Origin: Chlorokybus atmophyticus
Taxonomy: Eukaryota; Plantae; Mesostigma and Chlorokybus algae
Direction: 5' to 3'
DNA length: 64,000 nt
Assembly (NCBI GenBank): GCA_009103225.1
Contig: RHPI01002069.1
Location: forward strand, 1,946,846-2,010,845
Under the pieces are notes generated by a model that was not told the DNA's origin, did no database searches, and saw only the letters and a list, made by a program, of their open reading frames with translations. Each line of letters begins with the position of its first letter. Within the stretch, counting starts at the first letter, position 1. Shown here piece by piece: positions 11,431 through 24,110 of the stretch. Position numbers and translations under genes: made by a program.

Positions 11431-13121
11431 CATAGAATGTGTAGCGATTGTCAGGTAGCCGTACGGTTAACATACGAATATGTAGAGCGTTCAAGAGTTA
11501 TGTGTGGAAAGTTCTTAATCGACAGTGGAAACTTTCTGCTGCCAAATAAGGACTCTCTTTTGAGGCCTAGACTTTGTGGGACCTATAGAGGTGCACATGC
11601 GTGTACTACACGCACATGCACTATGTCGTTAATACAAGTCAAATTTTACAATGACACTGCGAAACCTAAATTGCCGCGGTAATTATATATTATGACGATT
11701 ACTAATGGCATGGACCCTACTTAATTGCCGACCGCCTATTGTACAGTACAGTGGACTGTTGCCTATCGGTAATGACGTGACAGCAACATATTTATGTTGC
11801 TGTCACGTCATTACATTTGGTCGGCCGACCGCCGGTCATACAGCTTTCGTAATGGCGACTTACCCATTATGGCAATTAAATGTATGTTTTGGCCCTTAAT
11901 GGCGATGGTCGATATTGGTGAGTCAGAGTTGACCCGCGGCCGGCCGCCGGCCGTACATAAGCCGCGGCGACGACCAACCTACATTGGCAAGCAAGACCAC
12001 TCAATCCAACTAAGTCTCCTAAGAGGGACGAGCGATGGGGGCGAGTACCAATCGGTTCAGTTCGTTATACTCAGCACACCAATGGAACAATAGTACCATT
12101 GTGATGGTACAACAGTTCCATCAAAGTATCATATACGGTACTCATCATTTGGTTGTAAGATGGAGCCGTTGTACTACTTTAGTAGTACGATTATACCATT
12201 GAACTTGAAGCCGTTGAGCATTTCAAACGCAGCAGCGTTCAAACGTTGAACGGCTTCATGTTCGAGGACAGTTGTGCGGCGGCGGCGGCGGCGGCGGCGG
12301 CGGTGGCAAGGGCGGCGGTGGTGGCGGCGACGGTGAGTTTGTGAATGTGTGTGTACACAGAGTAGTTGAGTTGTATGCATGATGTCATGTTGTGTGAAGT
12401 CAAGTGCAACAGCGCAACCCAACCGCCCTTCTTGCAGGCCAGGCCAGGCCAGGCCAGCCTAGGGCGGCGGCGGCGGCGGCAATGGCATGGTAGGTGAGCT
12501 TGTTCATATGTGGCATGTCTCATAATGTATGATGCCGTTGTGTTGACGCCCATGCCGACCAGGCCAAGCAGAGGAGGAGCGGCGAGGCGGCGGCGGCGGC
12601 GGCGGAGGAGCGGCGGCGGCGTAGGCGCGGAAGAGCGGAGGAGCAGCAGCTGAGTATAAGGGTAGAGTATAGGGTAGTAGTAGTAATAGTAGTAGCTCAA
12701 TGTAGTTTACATTGTAGCGTAGAAACAGGTTGTAATGTAGTTTATTGATGTTTTTGTTTTATGGATCAGTCAAGCTTGTGATTCGCCGTCTCTCACAGTT
12801 GATAATCACATGCATGCAGCACCTGCTCATGACTGAACGGTACCAGTAGGTATTGGGGACATTAACGTTATGTACCTTGAAAGTACCATAAGGTACCCCA
12901 AAGGTACCTGATAGTTAGGCACCTTCGAGGTAGGCACCGTCGCCGGTACCTAACTGTTAGGTACCGGTTTAATTAGGTCAAGTCCCCTTTGCTGGACTAA
13001 TGGGTATTTCACAGGTATATGTCAATCTATGTTAGTCCCTTTATGCGGCCGCCGATTGATGGTGACGGTCGTTACATCAGGTCCCTGTATTGAGATTACA
13101 GGTGGACTGAGCCACGACAGT
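11431..13121 (+). mobile_element. Unclassified interspersed repeat, copy A (probable non-autonomous DNA transposon)
   Basis: Collinear with 32220-33827: GACCCTAC, GTGGACTGTTG, palindromic repeats, hairpin, GGC-rich blocks, GGTACC array and an identical 30-nt motif. 11431-11678 also matches 31166-31385 inverted. Confidence 0.7.
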
Positions 13122-13946
13122 ATAACTGAGTATCCTTAAGTGCAAGGCCGTTGCTAATATTTAATCGGTCGGTAGGGGAAACATTTTGCGACGACTAGTT
13201 AGGCACCCCACGCACTAATGGCCCTCTCGTAGGTTGCACATGAATATAAAACAATGGGTTTGAGACACCTGAGATATAAATGGGGAGCAAAAGCTTTGGT
13301 TGCTGTTCGCATAGCCATTTGGTAAAAAGTTGGATATTGGTACGCAAAACGCATTTCCAACTTCCGATTCAACAATTTTGAGCTTATTGACCGCCCCGCG
13401 CACTTCCATGAGTTCTCGCTGAAAGATGCCTGCGTAAAATGCATGCTGCAGGAAAAGTTACTGTCCACTATCTGCAGTTGAGTTTCACATGTGAACATAC
13501 GCAATGATTGATCCCAACTCAAGTTCCAACTTGGTCTTTATGTGACATGTCCCTCTCCGCTTTGCCACACAATGCTCAAGGTCTTATCAATAATAAGTTG
13601 TCATTGTGCGCTGCCCTGTCACACGACTGTTCTCTACATAGGGATCATTAAACTCCACATTAGGAGTGTTGTCTCTTAAGGCCTAATACCTCTTTTAGGG
13701 CCTAATACCTCGCAAACATCAACGTATGCACGAGGCGCTTTTTCAAGGCTTGCGCGTCCAACCTTTATGACATGACTCGTCCCACCACAGGACATCCATA
13801 AATAATAGTTCTACATTGGACGCCACAATCAGACATCAACAGCTTGCTTCCGCCTGTAGCAAAAACCTAATGGAAGATATTCTTAACCTGACATCAATCG
13901 CTGGTATCAGCTAACAGCTGCCTTAGGATCGCCATAAATGGCAGCC

Positions 13947-14034
13947 AGCTCATCGGTGTCTGTATGGCCATGTGAGCCCTATGTTACAACATTGTGACAT
14001 AGGGCTCACATGGCCATACAGACACCGATTAGCT
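13947..14034. repeat. 88-bp near-perfect inverted repeat
   Basis: 43-bp arms (AGCTCATCGGTG..GTTACAA / TTGTGAC..CACCGATTAGCT) with 2 mismatches and a 2-nt loop. Confidence 0.95.
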
Positions 14035-14209
14035 ATGCTTTGACACATATCAATGCCTTGTATAGTGTGGTGCCCCCAATTCCTAGGGAGACTGGAACCG
14101 CGACAATGTGCAAACCTTTACCAAGCATTGAAGCTTATGTAATGACATAAGCTTCATACCCTAGCCAAAGTCCACACATGCACACACAGCCACAATCTTA
14201 CCATCAAAG

Positions 14210-14584
14210 TATCGTTTTTATACCTGTTTATAATGCCCCCCTTCCAACATAATGCCCCCCCAAACTTGAGGGGGGGGGGGGGGGGGGGGANGGGGGGGGG
14301 GGGGTAATTGTATTTGAGGGGGCACTCTATTCGGAAGGGGGCATTGTAAAAGATCATGATTACGCTGACTAACCGTATCCAACTGCATGTAACGTAATAC
14401 AACACGGAAAACTGCGTAACACGATCGTAACTCAAGTGTAACTTACTGCATCTAATGCGTAACCCTAAAGCAGGGGGGCATTGTATACGAGAAGGGGGCA
14501 TAAAACAGCCTAACAATGTGCCACCCTAAAAAAGCCAAGGGGGTCATTCTAATAGGGGGGCACTCAGAACGGGTAAATACGGTA
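14210..14584. mobile_element. Tc1/mariner-pogo-like MITE
   Basis: Imperfect ~32-bp TIRs (TATCGTTTTTATACCTGTTTATAATGCCCCCC versus the reverse complement of the right end, TACCGTATTTACCCGTTCTGAGTGCCCCCC), TA at both ends, and internal GGGGGCA repeats. Confidence 0.6.
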
Positions 14585-15492
14585 AACCTTACTTACTCAG
14601 CGACAGAGAGTGGCTCTTGCCAACCATGTGGGCGTGACAACGACACACTCTCCCCGGTTGCATTGAAGACCCATGGCTGCCTAGGGGAGAACTTTGAGCC
14701 GCTCCATCGGATGACTGCGGCTGTATGCGAGGCGTGATGGCGGCGTAGGGCCTGAAGCAGCGCCGGGTTAAGGGCGTTTCGTAGTTAGCCAGGCAGCGCA
14801 TGGCCTGCGCGCTGCAGCGTGTGTAGGCGGTGACTAACTTGGAGGCCTGGGGCCGTGGCGGCCATGCCGGGATCGGCTTCAGTGCTCGCAAACTCATCAA
14901 TGACGATGAAGGACACGGACGCGGCGCTTGCGACAGACTGAGGAGTGCTGGTGACAGGGTTTCGCTTGTAGCGATAGGCGTGCTGTGCACTCATGCATTG
15001 GTGTGCGTGTCGCGTGTGTGCGGTGGTGCTAGTAAGCTGCACACTCGGTGGCAACACTGCTATCGTTGTCACATGTAATGTTAGAATAGTTAAAAAAGGG
15101 TGTGGCCATGTGGTTTGTACCAAGGGGATTCAGACAACATTTGCAGCCAGGATCAGCCTGAACAGCAACAACCCTAATAAGGTAATGCCATTGTTGCTCA
15201 CAACAATGCAGTGTCCTTCCATGTGGACATAAATCTGCAACCTTGCAATGGGCATGGTGCATGCAAGGCAAATCCTGATGATGTAATAGCTTTCCCTTGG
15301 GCCTGTATTTGCAATGCTGACATGACCTGTGACCGAGTAGCCCTGGTTACTGTGTCATCCTGCCAGCCACGCCAGCATGCTCTGATTTCGCAGTCGCTTC
15401 CAATAGGAAGCTGTTGTGCCTAATACGGGTGACCTGCCTGCAGTTATAATACGTAGACCAGCCTAATCTAGCAGCTAGCCCCAAGCAGGCTA

Positions 15493-18400
15493 CTACGACT
15501 CTTCGTCTGTACAAGAAGCATACGTGAGGTTAGTTCTTCTAATGCGCACTGCACCTTCTAGCCAAGCACTGACTCGCGCGGGCGCAGACCCATCGAGACC
15601 ACCTGGTGGCAGGGAGCTATCTTCAAGCAGTGTCCAAGGGTCCAGTTCTGTCAACAGTGATGCGGCTGAGAGTTTCAGTGATTCTTCAAGCCTCCTGTCG
15701 GTCTCACTGGCGTCGGCATTGCTGTTTGCTGACTCCTCTACGAACGAAGCCTCTGAAGAGCAAATGGCAGCTGCAGACCGAACAAACATGGAGCGTGCAG
15801 GCAAGCAAGGCAGGGCTGCTTGTATCCTTGTCCATAGATGCTTGGGCAATTGCATCCGATTAAGCTCACCCTGCAGATTAGAAGGCCGCCAAGTCAAAGT
15901 CAAGTCAACGCAGATGAGCGTTCAGACCGGTGCAACTCAACTGAGCTATTTAGCAACAAGTTACCTGGAGCAAAGATGCACGCTCATAAGGCCCAACTTC
16001 TTTCAAAGCAACCCGCTGATTGGTCTTTGGTTTTAGCCACGAAACCCAACATGGACTAAGCAAGGCATGTAGCACCGCCAGCAGCCTGTCCCACAGGGTC
16101 TCTCCTGCTTCAGTAGCAGCAGCCAAGGCAGCTGCTGCCACATCCTCTTTTAAGTCTGTGGGAACTGGGATATCTTGTACTACCTTTGAGCCTAGCATTC
16201 GCAGAATAGCTGGAGCCAGCAGGGAGCGCATGTTGCGATCATGGTTTGCCTCCCTGGCAGCACACCACAATGTCACATGCAGGGTCTAGAAGCTTAACCA
16301 CATGACATGCAGCAACACTACGCTTACCTATCTGCAAACACCATTGGCAGCAGAGGAAATAGGAATTGTAGGCGGGTCCACAAGGATGTATGAATGCTTG
16401 CCGACAATCCCAAGTCACCAACCCGTTCAGGCCCTAAACTCCCGCCGCCAGCTCCACGACTTTCAACTGAAGCCAGGCCACCACCCCAGCGACCACCACC
16501 ATAGCTCGATCCTTCTGAAGAGCTTCTGAGTGCAGAACCGTTGCGTGGTGCAGGAGCTCGCGGTGATTGTAGATGTATGACATACTCTGCTAATCTGCCC
16601 ATCTGGCTGACCTGCAAACATGAAGACAGGGTGATTGATTTAGTGCTGCACAGACTGACCAACTTTCCCAGCACAACGCAGCATAAGACACAATAACAAT
16701 ACCAATTTGGACGCGAAGCCGCTTTGCGTGTCATGCGAAGCTCGCTGCAGACAAGGCAGCACCAGCTCAGCCAGAGCCTTCTCAACAACAAAAGGTTTGT
16801 CAACAACTACTGCTCCCGTTGGAGGTAGACTAGTACTGTTTGCCTCCATTGGTAACTCAAAATTGCTCTTCTTGGCCAGATTCTCCAGTTGCTGACGCAA
16901 GGACGTTCTACCATAAAGGCAATTATCTCCATCTATCAGCCAACGCGCCTGCACAGAGAAAGGCACACGTAAGCTATCTTGCAACTTGCAGTTTGCAGGC
17001 CTCTGCCTATTGCTACTCGCACCTGAATCGTGAGATACTCTTCAATGCCTTTGCTTAAGGCATGAATGACCTCTCCATATAAGGTAGCCGCCCAAGGCCT
17101 CACAAGCAGCCTTGTGAGCACCTGTAGACAGTTCCGTTCGACACAAGACAGCAAAGCAAACAGGTTGTGTGACTGCACTGCACATACCGCTGAAGTAAAG
17201 TTTTTCTCGGACTCGCATAATGTCGCAGCATCAGTTGCTTGTGCTGCAGCGGCTGCAGCATCAAATGCTGCTTGTGCGGAAGATCCACTGGACAATTTTT
17301 CCTGATACACCTGTGACGAGGCAAGCTCGTTGCCACAACTGATCAAAGCCACACTAACAGGTGTAGTAGCATGTTAATCTAGCATCCAAAAATGCAAATG
17401 CCAGCCCAGTTGGGCTTGCAAGCTGCTGTGATACCTGCTCGTTTAGCAAAAGCCGTAACTGTAGCCATTGCCAATGAAATGAAGTCGGCTGCACAACAGC
17501 AAAGGCGTGAGGGCCCTCCAACACTGCATCAGTGCAAAATACATACTGGCGCATGAGCGTTTGTAAGTTAGAGCAATCGTTACAGTACCTGCAGAGTGTC
17601 CAGAACAGCCAGAATTTCTCTGTTCTGGTCTTCAGGAACTTCATGCACATCAAATGGCATCTGCCCGTTGACAAGTGCCTGCAAAAATAGCCTTGGCCGC
17701 CGGGGACCAACGCCATGCGCATCTAGCGTTGGTGTCATACTCTGAGACATTCCTGTATCTACATCTGCTGTACAAGAAAGAAGCAGCTTGAAAAGTTGCC
17801 GTGTATCGTAAAGGCAAGCGTCCCTGAATGGCACATGGCCAATCAACTCCTGCACAGTTATCCGCACCATCTGCGCAAGATGGATGACGGATCAGTGGTT
17901 AAAACATGCAGTGGGAGCGATGTAATGCAACTTGTGACAAAAGCAACCAATCGCACCTCTAGCAAGCTCCCAGAGCCAGCAGTCAAGCCAACCGCAAAGA
18001 AAACGTAAACAGGTGGGACAACCAGTGCTGCCGAAAGGTGTCGCTGTGCTCGAGCCAGAGCCAGCTTTTGGGATGCAGTGACAAGCAACAGACCATGGGT
18101 GCTATCTGTTATTGTCGGACCTCCTCCTAGCAGTGTCCTTGCCCAAAAGACGTACGCTTCACAGCGTGCCTGCAACTCTAAATTCGTGGTGGAGGTGAGT
18201 ATGCCTTGTATTACTTGCTGTAGCTGAGCGCCTCTTATTGTGCCTTCAATGACTGTGGCTAAACGTGTGAAACCTCGCGATACGGCCCCAACAACCATAG
18301 CTGCTGCTGCCATTGGGTGCCAAACAGCCTCAGGTCTTTCAGGATTGCCTCTGTTGCGGTGGATGGCAGCTAGACAGGAATTGGCAGCGGCAGAGACAAA

Positions 18401-21400
18401 TGCCAGCTCAAGCGCGGAACTGTGACTGGGTCCAAGTGCCTCATTGAGCCGTATTAAGCATGTCAGATATGGCGCCACTGCGCAGTCACAAGATGCAGCT
18501 AAGGAGATGCCATTTGCGGTGTTGCTGCGAATCGCATTGACTGCAGCGCGGATGCCATTCTCTACAAGAACTGTTGCCGCTGAGAAGACAGCCACTTTTG
18601 TCTCACCGCCTTCACCACTGCGGCCAACACCATGCCTGCACTGTTCCGCCAAAGCATTGGCGGCCGCAGAGATGGCGTCCTGAACCTTGGGACTGCTGAT
18701 GACCTCGTCTGTCACATGTGTAGGCAACTGAACAGCTCCCAGAAAACGCAGAACAGTCTCACGCATGTTGAAGCGCAGCTTTTCATTGCCAGACCCAGCT
18801 GATGCCTGTGCTAGAAGATCAGGGTCCAGCTCAATCACAGATGAATAACCCAGCCTGTCATCTGTGTTTGATGTGGCTTCAAGCTCCGCTAGCGTGCGTC
18901 GATCATACTTAGCCTGGCAACAGAAACCTTATAAGTATGTGGTTGGGTGCATTGCAAACAGAATCTGCGGGAAGGTAGCCAACCTGAGCTTTCAACTTCC
19001 AGTCTGCGATCGACTCAAGCAAGCCATACTGCTGCAGAAGATCCCTGGCATACGAAAGCACCAAGCGTGCTGTGACGCGTCCCGCTGATGTTGGTAGACA
19101 CTGTGCCACGCGATCTAACGCAGCTGTCAATGCGTCTGGCAGCATTTGCATTGACACCAGCAGGTCTTCAGATTGCCGCAGCAGGGACAGCACAACGAAC
19201 TCCATGTCGGAGCGAGTGCTTGCTGCACTGCCTGTGGCATGACCTGGAAATGCAAGCAGCCAGAGCAGCAACTGCACCATAGATTGACAATCGCCCAAGC
19301 AGTGGAAATACAAAACAATGTTCAAGACTTGGCGGACTGTCAAACAACGCTGGAACATGGCGTCCGCACTCGCAGAAAAAGATCGTGACCGTTGCCGCAT
19401 AGCTGCGCGTCGGCCTTTATTAGCGGGTGAAGACACTGCGTTTTGCAGACTTCCAGCCTTTAGGGGGGTTTTCTGCAACTCTTCAGCCATATAAGACTTC
19501 ACTGCCGAGCTCAGCCAGGATGAAAGGACTGCACGATCGCGAGGTCTTAGCTTGGATAGCTCTGCTGCCAACCTGTCAGTGTCGTTCGGTCTATGTGGTC
19601 TTGGCAGCACCGCACCATTCTTGAGTGGCATGTCAGCTGTGCCATTCTCATAATGAGGTGCTTCTTTGTCTAAGCCGCTTGGTGTGCCAGGACTGCCGTT
19701 CTCAACAATTGTGTCACCTCTGGAGCGCACGGAACGGTCTCGCTTTGGAACCGCACCTCCGAACAAGGCGTGTGCCGACTCTTCGCGCCCTCTCTTCTTC
19801 CCAGCAACTGGCCAGGATGTGGATTGTGTGGTGGTTTTGCCATTCACTAATGCTGGGCCGTTGACATCCTGCCCAGCAACTACTACAGAGGCAAGGGAAT
19901 TAGACGCTGCGGATGCAACATCCAACCCCAAAGTGCTTGCCAAAGCAGCTTGTAGCGCAGGCAGCAGCTCCTTTCTGCTGCGCATCTGTAGTTTCAGGCT
20001 TTCACCTGGTGCATGCGCTCCATTACCATCTCTTGACATACCTGCGGGACCTGGTTCTGCAAGCACTCCACATGCGCTTGGTCCCGATAGTGCCTCAGCT
20101 TCAATGGACACCATGCGAACCATTGCGCCATTGAGAGTGGTTTTGCTGCCTGCTGGGCGCAAGCGATGTCGCTTGCTGCGTGTCGCTCCAGCTCCATACA
20201 GAGCTGTTCTTCTCTCGACCTCAAAAGCATGCGAAAGCTGCGATGTGTGCTTTGTCCAAATCTGTGGCAGGTACGCCTGTGCAGCACTCATATGTTGCAG
20301 ATATAGCCGAAAGCTGCGATGGACATGATCCTGTTCTGCCTGTTTTTCAAGTAGACCTTTCGCAATGACTTCACGCACGAACAAGTCTGGGAAGAATAGC
20401 CCGTCTCGGATCAACTCGGTCAACAGCGCGTTGACACGCAAGTCATGGCAAGCAGACGTGCTGAGTCCGCTGAGCCACAACATAACTGCCTTGTGCACCG
20501 GGGGTACCTGTTGTTGAGCTTCAGCAGTCTGTGAGCGATCCGCTGCTTGCTTTTCTTTCAGAACCTTTGCGGACCAATGCCGCAATATTGCTGTACAAAA
20601 ATGTACACGTGGAGGTTCAACCCTGGCTGTTGGTGTCTCGTCCAAAACGCCGGTTAATAGCTGACTTGAATTATTGTCATGGACGCTAGAAACTGCCCAA
20701 GTGCACAGCAGTACAACGGCTGCACTGTCCGCATTTGCGGTTTTGGCAAGCTGCAGCGATGCATCCACAGTGCCATCAAAAACAGCCTCATAAGCTTTGC
20801 TTATACTACCAGTTGACAGTGCAGTGTTGAGGGCTTCCAGCTTCTTGATAACATTATTGCGCAATGCAACAGGCAGAACAGCTGCAGCTAGCTGGGCAGC
20901 CCGTTGCTGTACAGAACTCGCGCAGTTGTTCTGCACCTGTGCTGCGGCGGCCCGTGTAACATCCTGGATGCTTGCAACTTCTTCCGCGACAGGATAGCTC
21001 TCTAAGGCCACGAACGAATCTGGTCCTGAGCCCAGAAAAAATTTGATGATGTCCGTCAGCGTAGCCAATAACTTTGAATGGGCTGGGTTGAAGCGGTCCA
21101 AAGTTTTGAGGCGTTCTGCACAAATCCCCATGATAAGACGTAGGTGCCGTTGCGACCGCGATATGTCTGAAACCGCAGTCAGCAGAAGTGGAGATAGTGC
21201 CTCTGTAGCCTCTGGTTGCTCCCTATCCTGTGTGGCACGTGGGAACGTGTTACACAGCACCTGCACCTCGACTAGCAACGGCGCAACACCACGCGACAGT
21301 AACCAACCTGCAGTTGCCTCAGCAACCAGTCCACCACATGTGTGCGATCTAGCAAACTCTCGGCATACAGCCAAGTTGCCAGCTGCATAACATATTTCCA

Positions 21401-23988
21401 TTTGCTTGATACAAGCTCCCTCTGAGTGGTCAGGTCGGCGAAAATGGGGGAAGAGGGTGTTAGAGGTGGCTTTGAATTGGCCTGGCTGGGAGTTGTGGTA
21501 CGCCAGCACTTGGTCAGCTCATCAAGAAGAGCTTCCAAATACTCTTCCAGTTGCAGCGTCCAGTTGCCACTTCTATCCAGCTGATAGGTACCCAGGAGCA
21601 GCAGCAAGTCCATTGTAAAAAATATTGCATTGATACAGTCGATCAATTACGACACAGTCTTTGAGCGCACTTACCATTGCCTTATCACCTCCCAAGCCTG
21701 TCGGCCGAAACTGATTGAGCTGTACAACCTGCACAGGATTGTAATAATGCACATGCCAGTACAAGGCATACACGAGGTCTGCTCAGGGCAAACTACCTTG
21801 ATATACCAAGAAGCTCGTAGCAAAGGCACACTCTGCTTTGTGACTGCCTCAAACAATGTTCGCCTCCGGTACCCATGGGGAACACTGTCTGCAAGCGCGC
21901 GCAGTCGCTTCCTTCCAGCAAGGTCCTGCGAGGAGGAGACCGATAAGCTCTGAAGTTCGATGTCTGGTGCCTGCAACCGCTGGGGAGCACAAGCTCCGCA
22001 ACTGCAAGACCCACAGAGAAATTGATAACTACCTCCATCCATTTTCGCTTGAGCTCCTCAGAATACGTTTTCTGCTCAGGCACATAAGGACGAATGGCAA
22101 GCTGAGAAGCTGCAAATGGGATGCCATACTGTTGCCCAGCCTGAAAGATGAAAATGTGAGTGACCACTGTGTACGAAAAGCAAATAAAAAGTGCTGCTGA
22201 ACAGTTCATGCTGGTAAACTGGCACCAACATGTCCACTGCAACCTTGTGCAAAGTCAAGATGCAGGCTAGTGACAAGCACTGGCACAAGCAAGCAAGCAA
22301 AACATATCCATAGTTGTGTTGAAACCAACAGGGTGCACGTAACCAAAACACGGAGCATATGCTGCAGGCTTTGTGTGGGACATTCTAAATTCACCTTCCG
22401 TCTGTTTGCAACCGCTTTCTTCAATATGCGCAAACGCTGTCGCAAAGTCTGCGCACCAGGTCATGACAGATGTACAGTGCAGGTCATGATAGATGTACAC
22501 AAGCTATGACACCATGCTCACGAAACAACAACAGCTGGAATCAAACCTGACGCATGCTGTCAAGCCGCTCAGGAGTGTGCATGGCAAATGTGAGGGTGAT
22601 CTCTGAGTGCTCCTGATCAACACCTTTCGTTAGGCCACCTAACAGGTGGTCAACGATTTACACATATTGGAAGTTCTTATTGAAAGTTCTTACATCGAAC
22701 CCGTCCACATGATCTTTGTAGCCAGACTGCACAGTCTCTCGCGTAAGGGTGTCTTCAGGGCAATTAGACAGCACTGGGTAGAAATCAGCTGGACCCAGCC
22801 TGCAAACGCAAACCAAGTTCAGCAAGTTCCAGCATTCATCAGTCACCACCGAGATTAACATACCGATCTGAAAGGGAATCACGGTCACATAGTAGGCGGT
22901 ACGGGGTCAACTGGGAGCTTCGCCTGCATGCCAAACAACAAATTTTGCGAACTGTTGGTGAAGGTGCAAACAGCACTCGAACACCAGGGAGTGCTTCCAT
23001 TAGCAGGCGACTTGAATCAGGCAACAAACGCCTCTTGTCAGGTGCACACGCCTAGACAGTGTCCAATGGACACACTTGTCCACAGCTTTCTTGGTGCAAG
23101 AAAGCTGCACAACTGCTCCTGGTTGTATTATTGTTTACACACTACGATTGCATGATGTGCCATGCCAATAGTTGCTTGCAGTGGCCATCATCGTAATCCT
23201 CGCTGCAACTATGCGGAATGGGGGCAACCGATGACAGGTGTAAAACAGACCAACACAGAGCGAGAGCGATACGCGCAACTAAGTATAACTAAGCAATATT
23301 GGCAAAGCAGCGATGGCACTGGCTCACAAAAGAGCTGGTTAGCAGGCAAACACTAGATTGCTTACCACACAACCGCAAAACTTTGCTGCAAGTGCAATCA
23401 AGGTAGCCAGCACTGGCAGCTTGACCTAGTTCAACGGTAGGACATTGGTTACGTAAACAAGGTAAACTACTGCAGCCTACAACGGGTGCGTGTCGATTAT
23501 AATGACGACTACATCAACATATTTGAAACAACAGCACGGCTTCAACCAACAACAGCAGCCGCTTGCGGTAGGCATATGCTACAATTGGAGTAGAATTCTG
23601 TTGTTGAAGCTGCTCCATGAACGGCTGACCCAGCTACTGGAGTAGAGCAACCGCAAATCATTGATCAATATGACTAGAATAAGACGCAACACGCTTGGCT
23701 TCGCACCTCCATGTGCCAGATCCATCAGAGCGAGCGTCCCAGCTGCTCCCACCGCTGCCTCCACTGTTTTGGCCAGCAGCAAAGCCGCTGATGGATCCTC
23801 CGCTCCCCCCACCTGTACGGTGCATGGCCAAAATGCAGGGACGGTCGTCAGCGTCGCCCCATCCTTCGCCGCCTGCCTACCCCAAGCTCCACCGCACCGG
23901 ACCGGGCCTGGGCGGCGGGCCAAGCGTGGGCAACAAGCCAGTTTGTTACCAACAGACTCGGCACCCCAGAGGCAGGCTGGTTATTCAT
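15493..23988 (-). CDS. MED12: Mediator complex subunit 12 (multi-exon; start codon approximate)
   Basis: Plant MED12 motifs: QLTPYRL.C, RLGPADF..CPEDTLTRE.VQSGYKDHVDG, KAGQQYG, KRLRALADSVPHGYRRRTLFE..VPLLRASWYIKV, and C-terminal DPWTLLED..WLEGAVRIRRTNLTY..DEES*. Large exon ~18.9-21.5 kb. Confidence 0.95.
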
Positions 23989-24102
23989 CTCCTGAGCACC
24001 CAGGCAGATACCCCACTCCACGCCACCACCTCCACCACGACCTCCACCACCGCCGCCGCCGCAGCAGCAGCGCCCGCGGCGGACACCGTGCCCAAGCTTC
24101 GT

Positions 24103-24110
24103 TAGGGTTT
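24103..24110. promoter_or_regulatory. Telo-box in the MED12/TAF1B divergent intergenic region
   Basis: Exact TAGGGTTT (AAACCCTA on the minus strand). Confidence 0.45.

Noticed and set aside
12174-12700. Arg/Pro/Ala-rich ORFs over GGC tracts (also 32840-33388)
   Set aside because: Low-complexity trinucleotide repeats; the frames are not conserved between the two copies.
13060-13130. Hammerhead ribozyme or 7SL/Alu-like RNA in the conserved motif (minus strand GTC..GTGGCTCA..CCTGTAATC)
   Set aside because: No CUGANGA plus GAAA core is conserved in both copies. The Alu-like match is short and taxonomically implausible.
13199-13522. Minus ORF with YPTFYQMA..ERAIS, a possible hAT dimerisation domain
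   Set aside because: Spacing does not fit and no other hAT motifs or TIRs are nearby.
14269-14304. Poly-G tracts here and at 33994-34086 as G-quadruplex or telomeric features
   Set aside because: Both adjoin N bases, so lengths are unreliable and may be sequencing or assembly artefacts.
14600-14990. High-GC3 coding-like stretch with FIVIDEF (Walker B-like)
   Set aside because: No Walker A or other helicase motifs and the frames are inconsistent; unsupported without a profile search.
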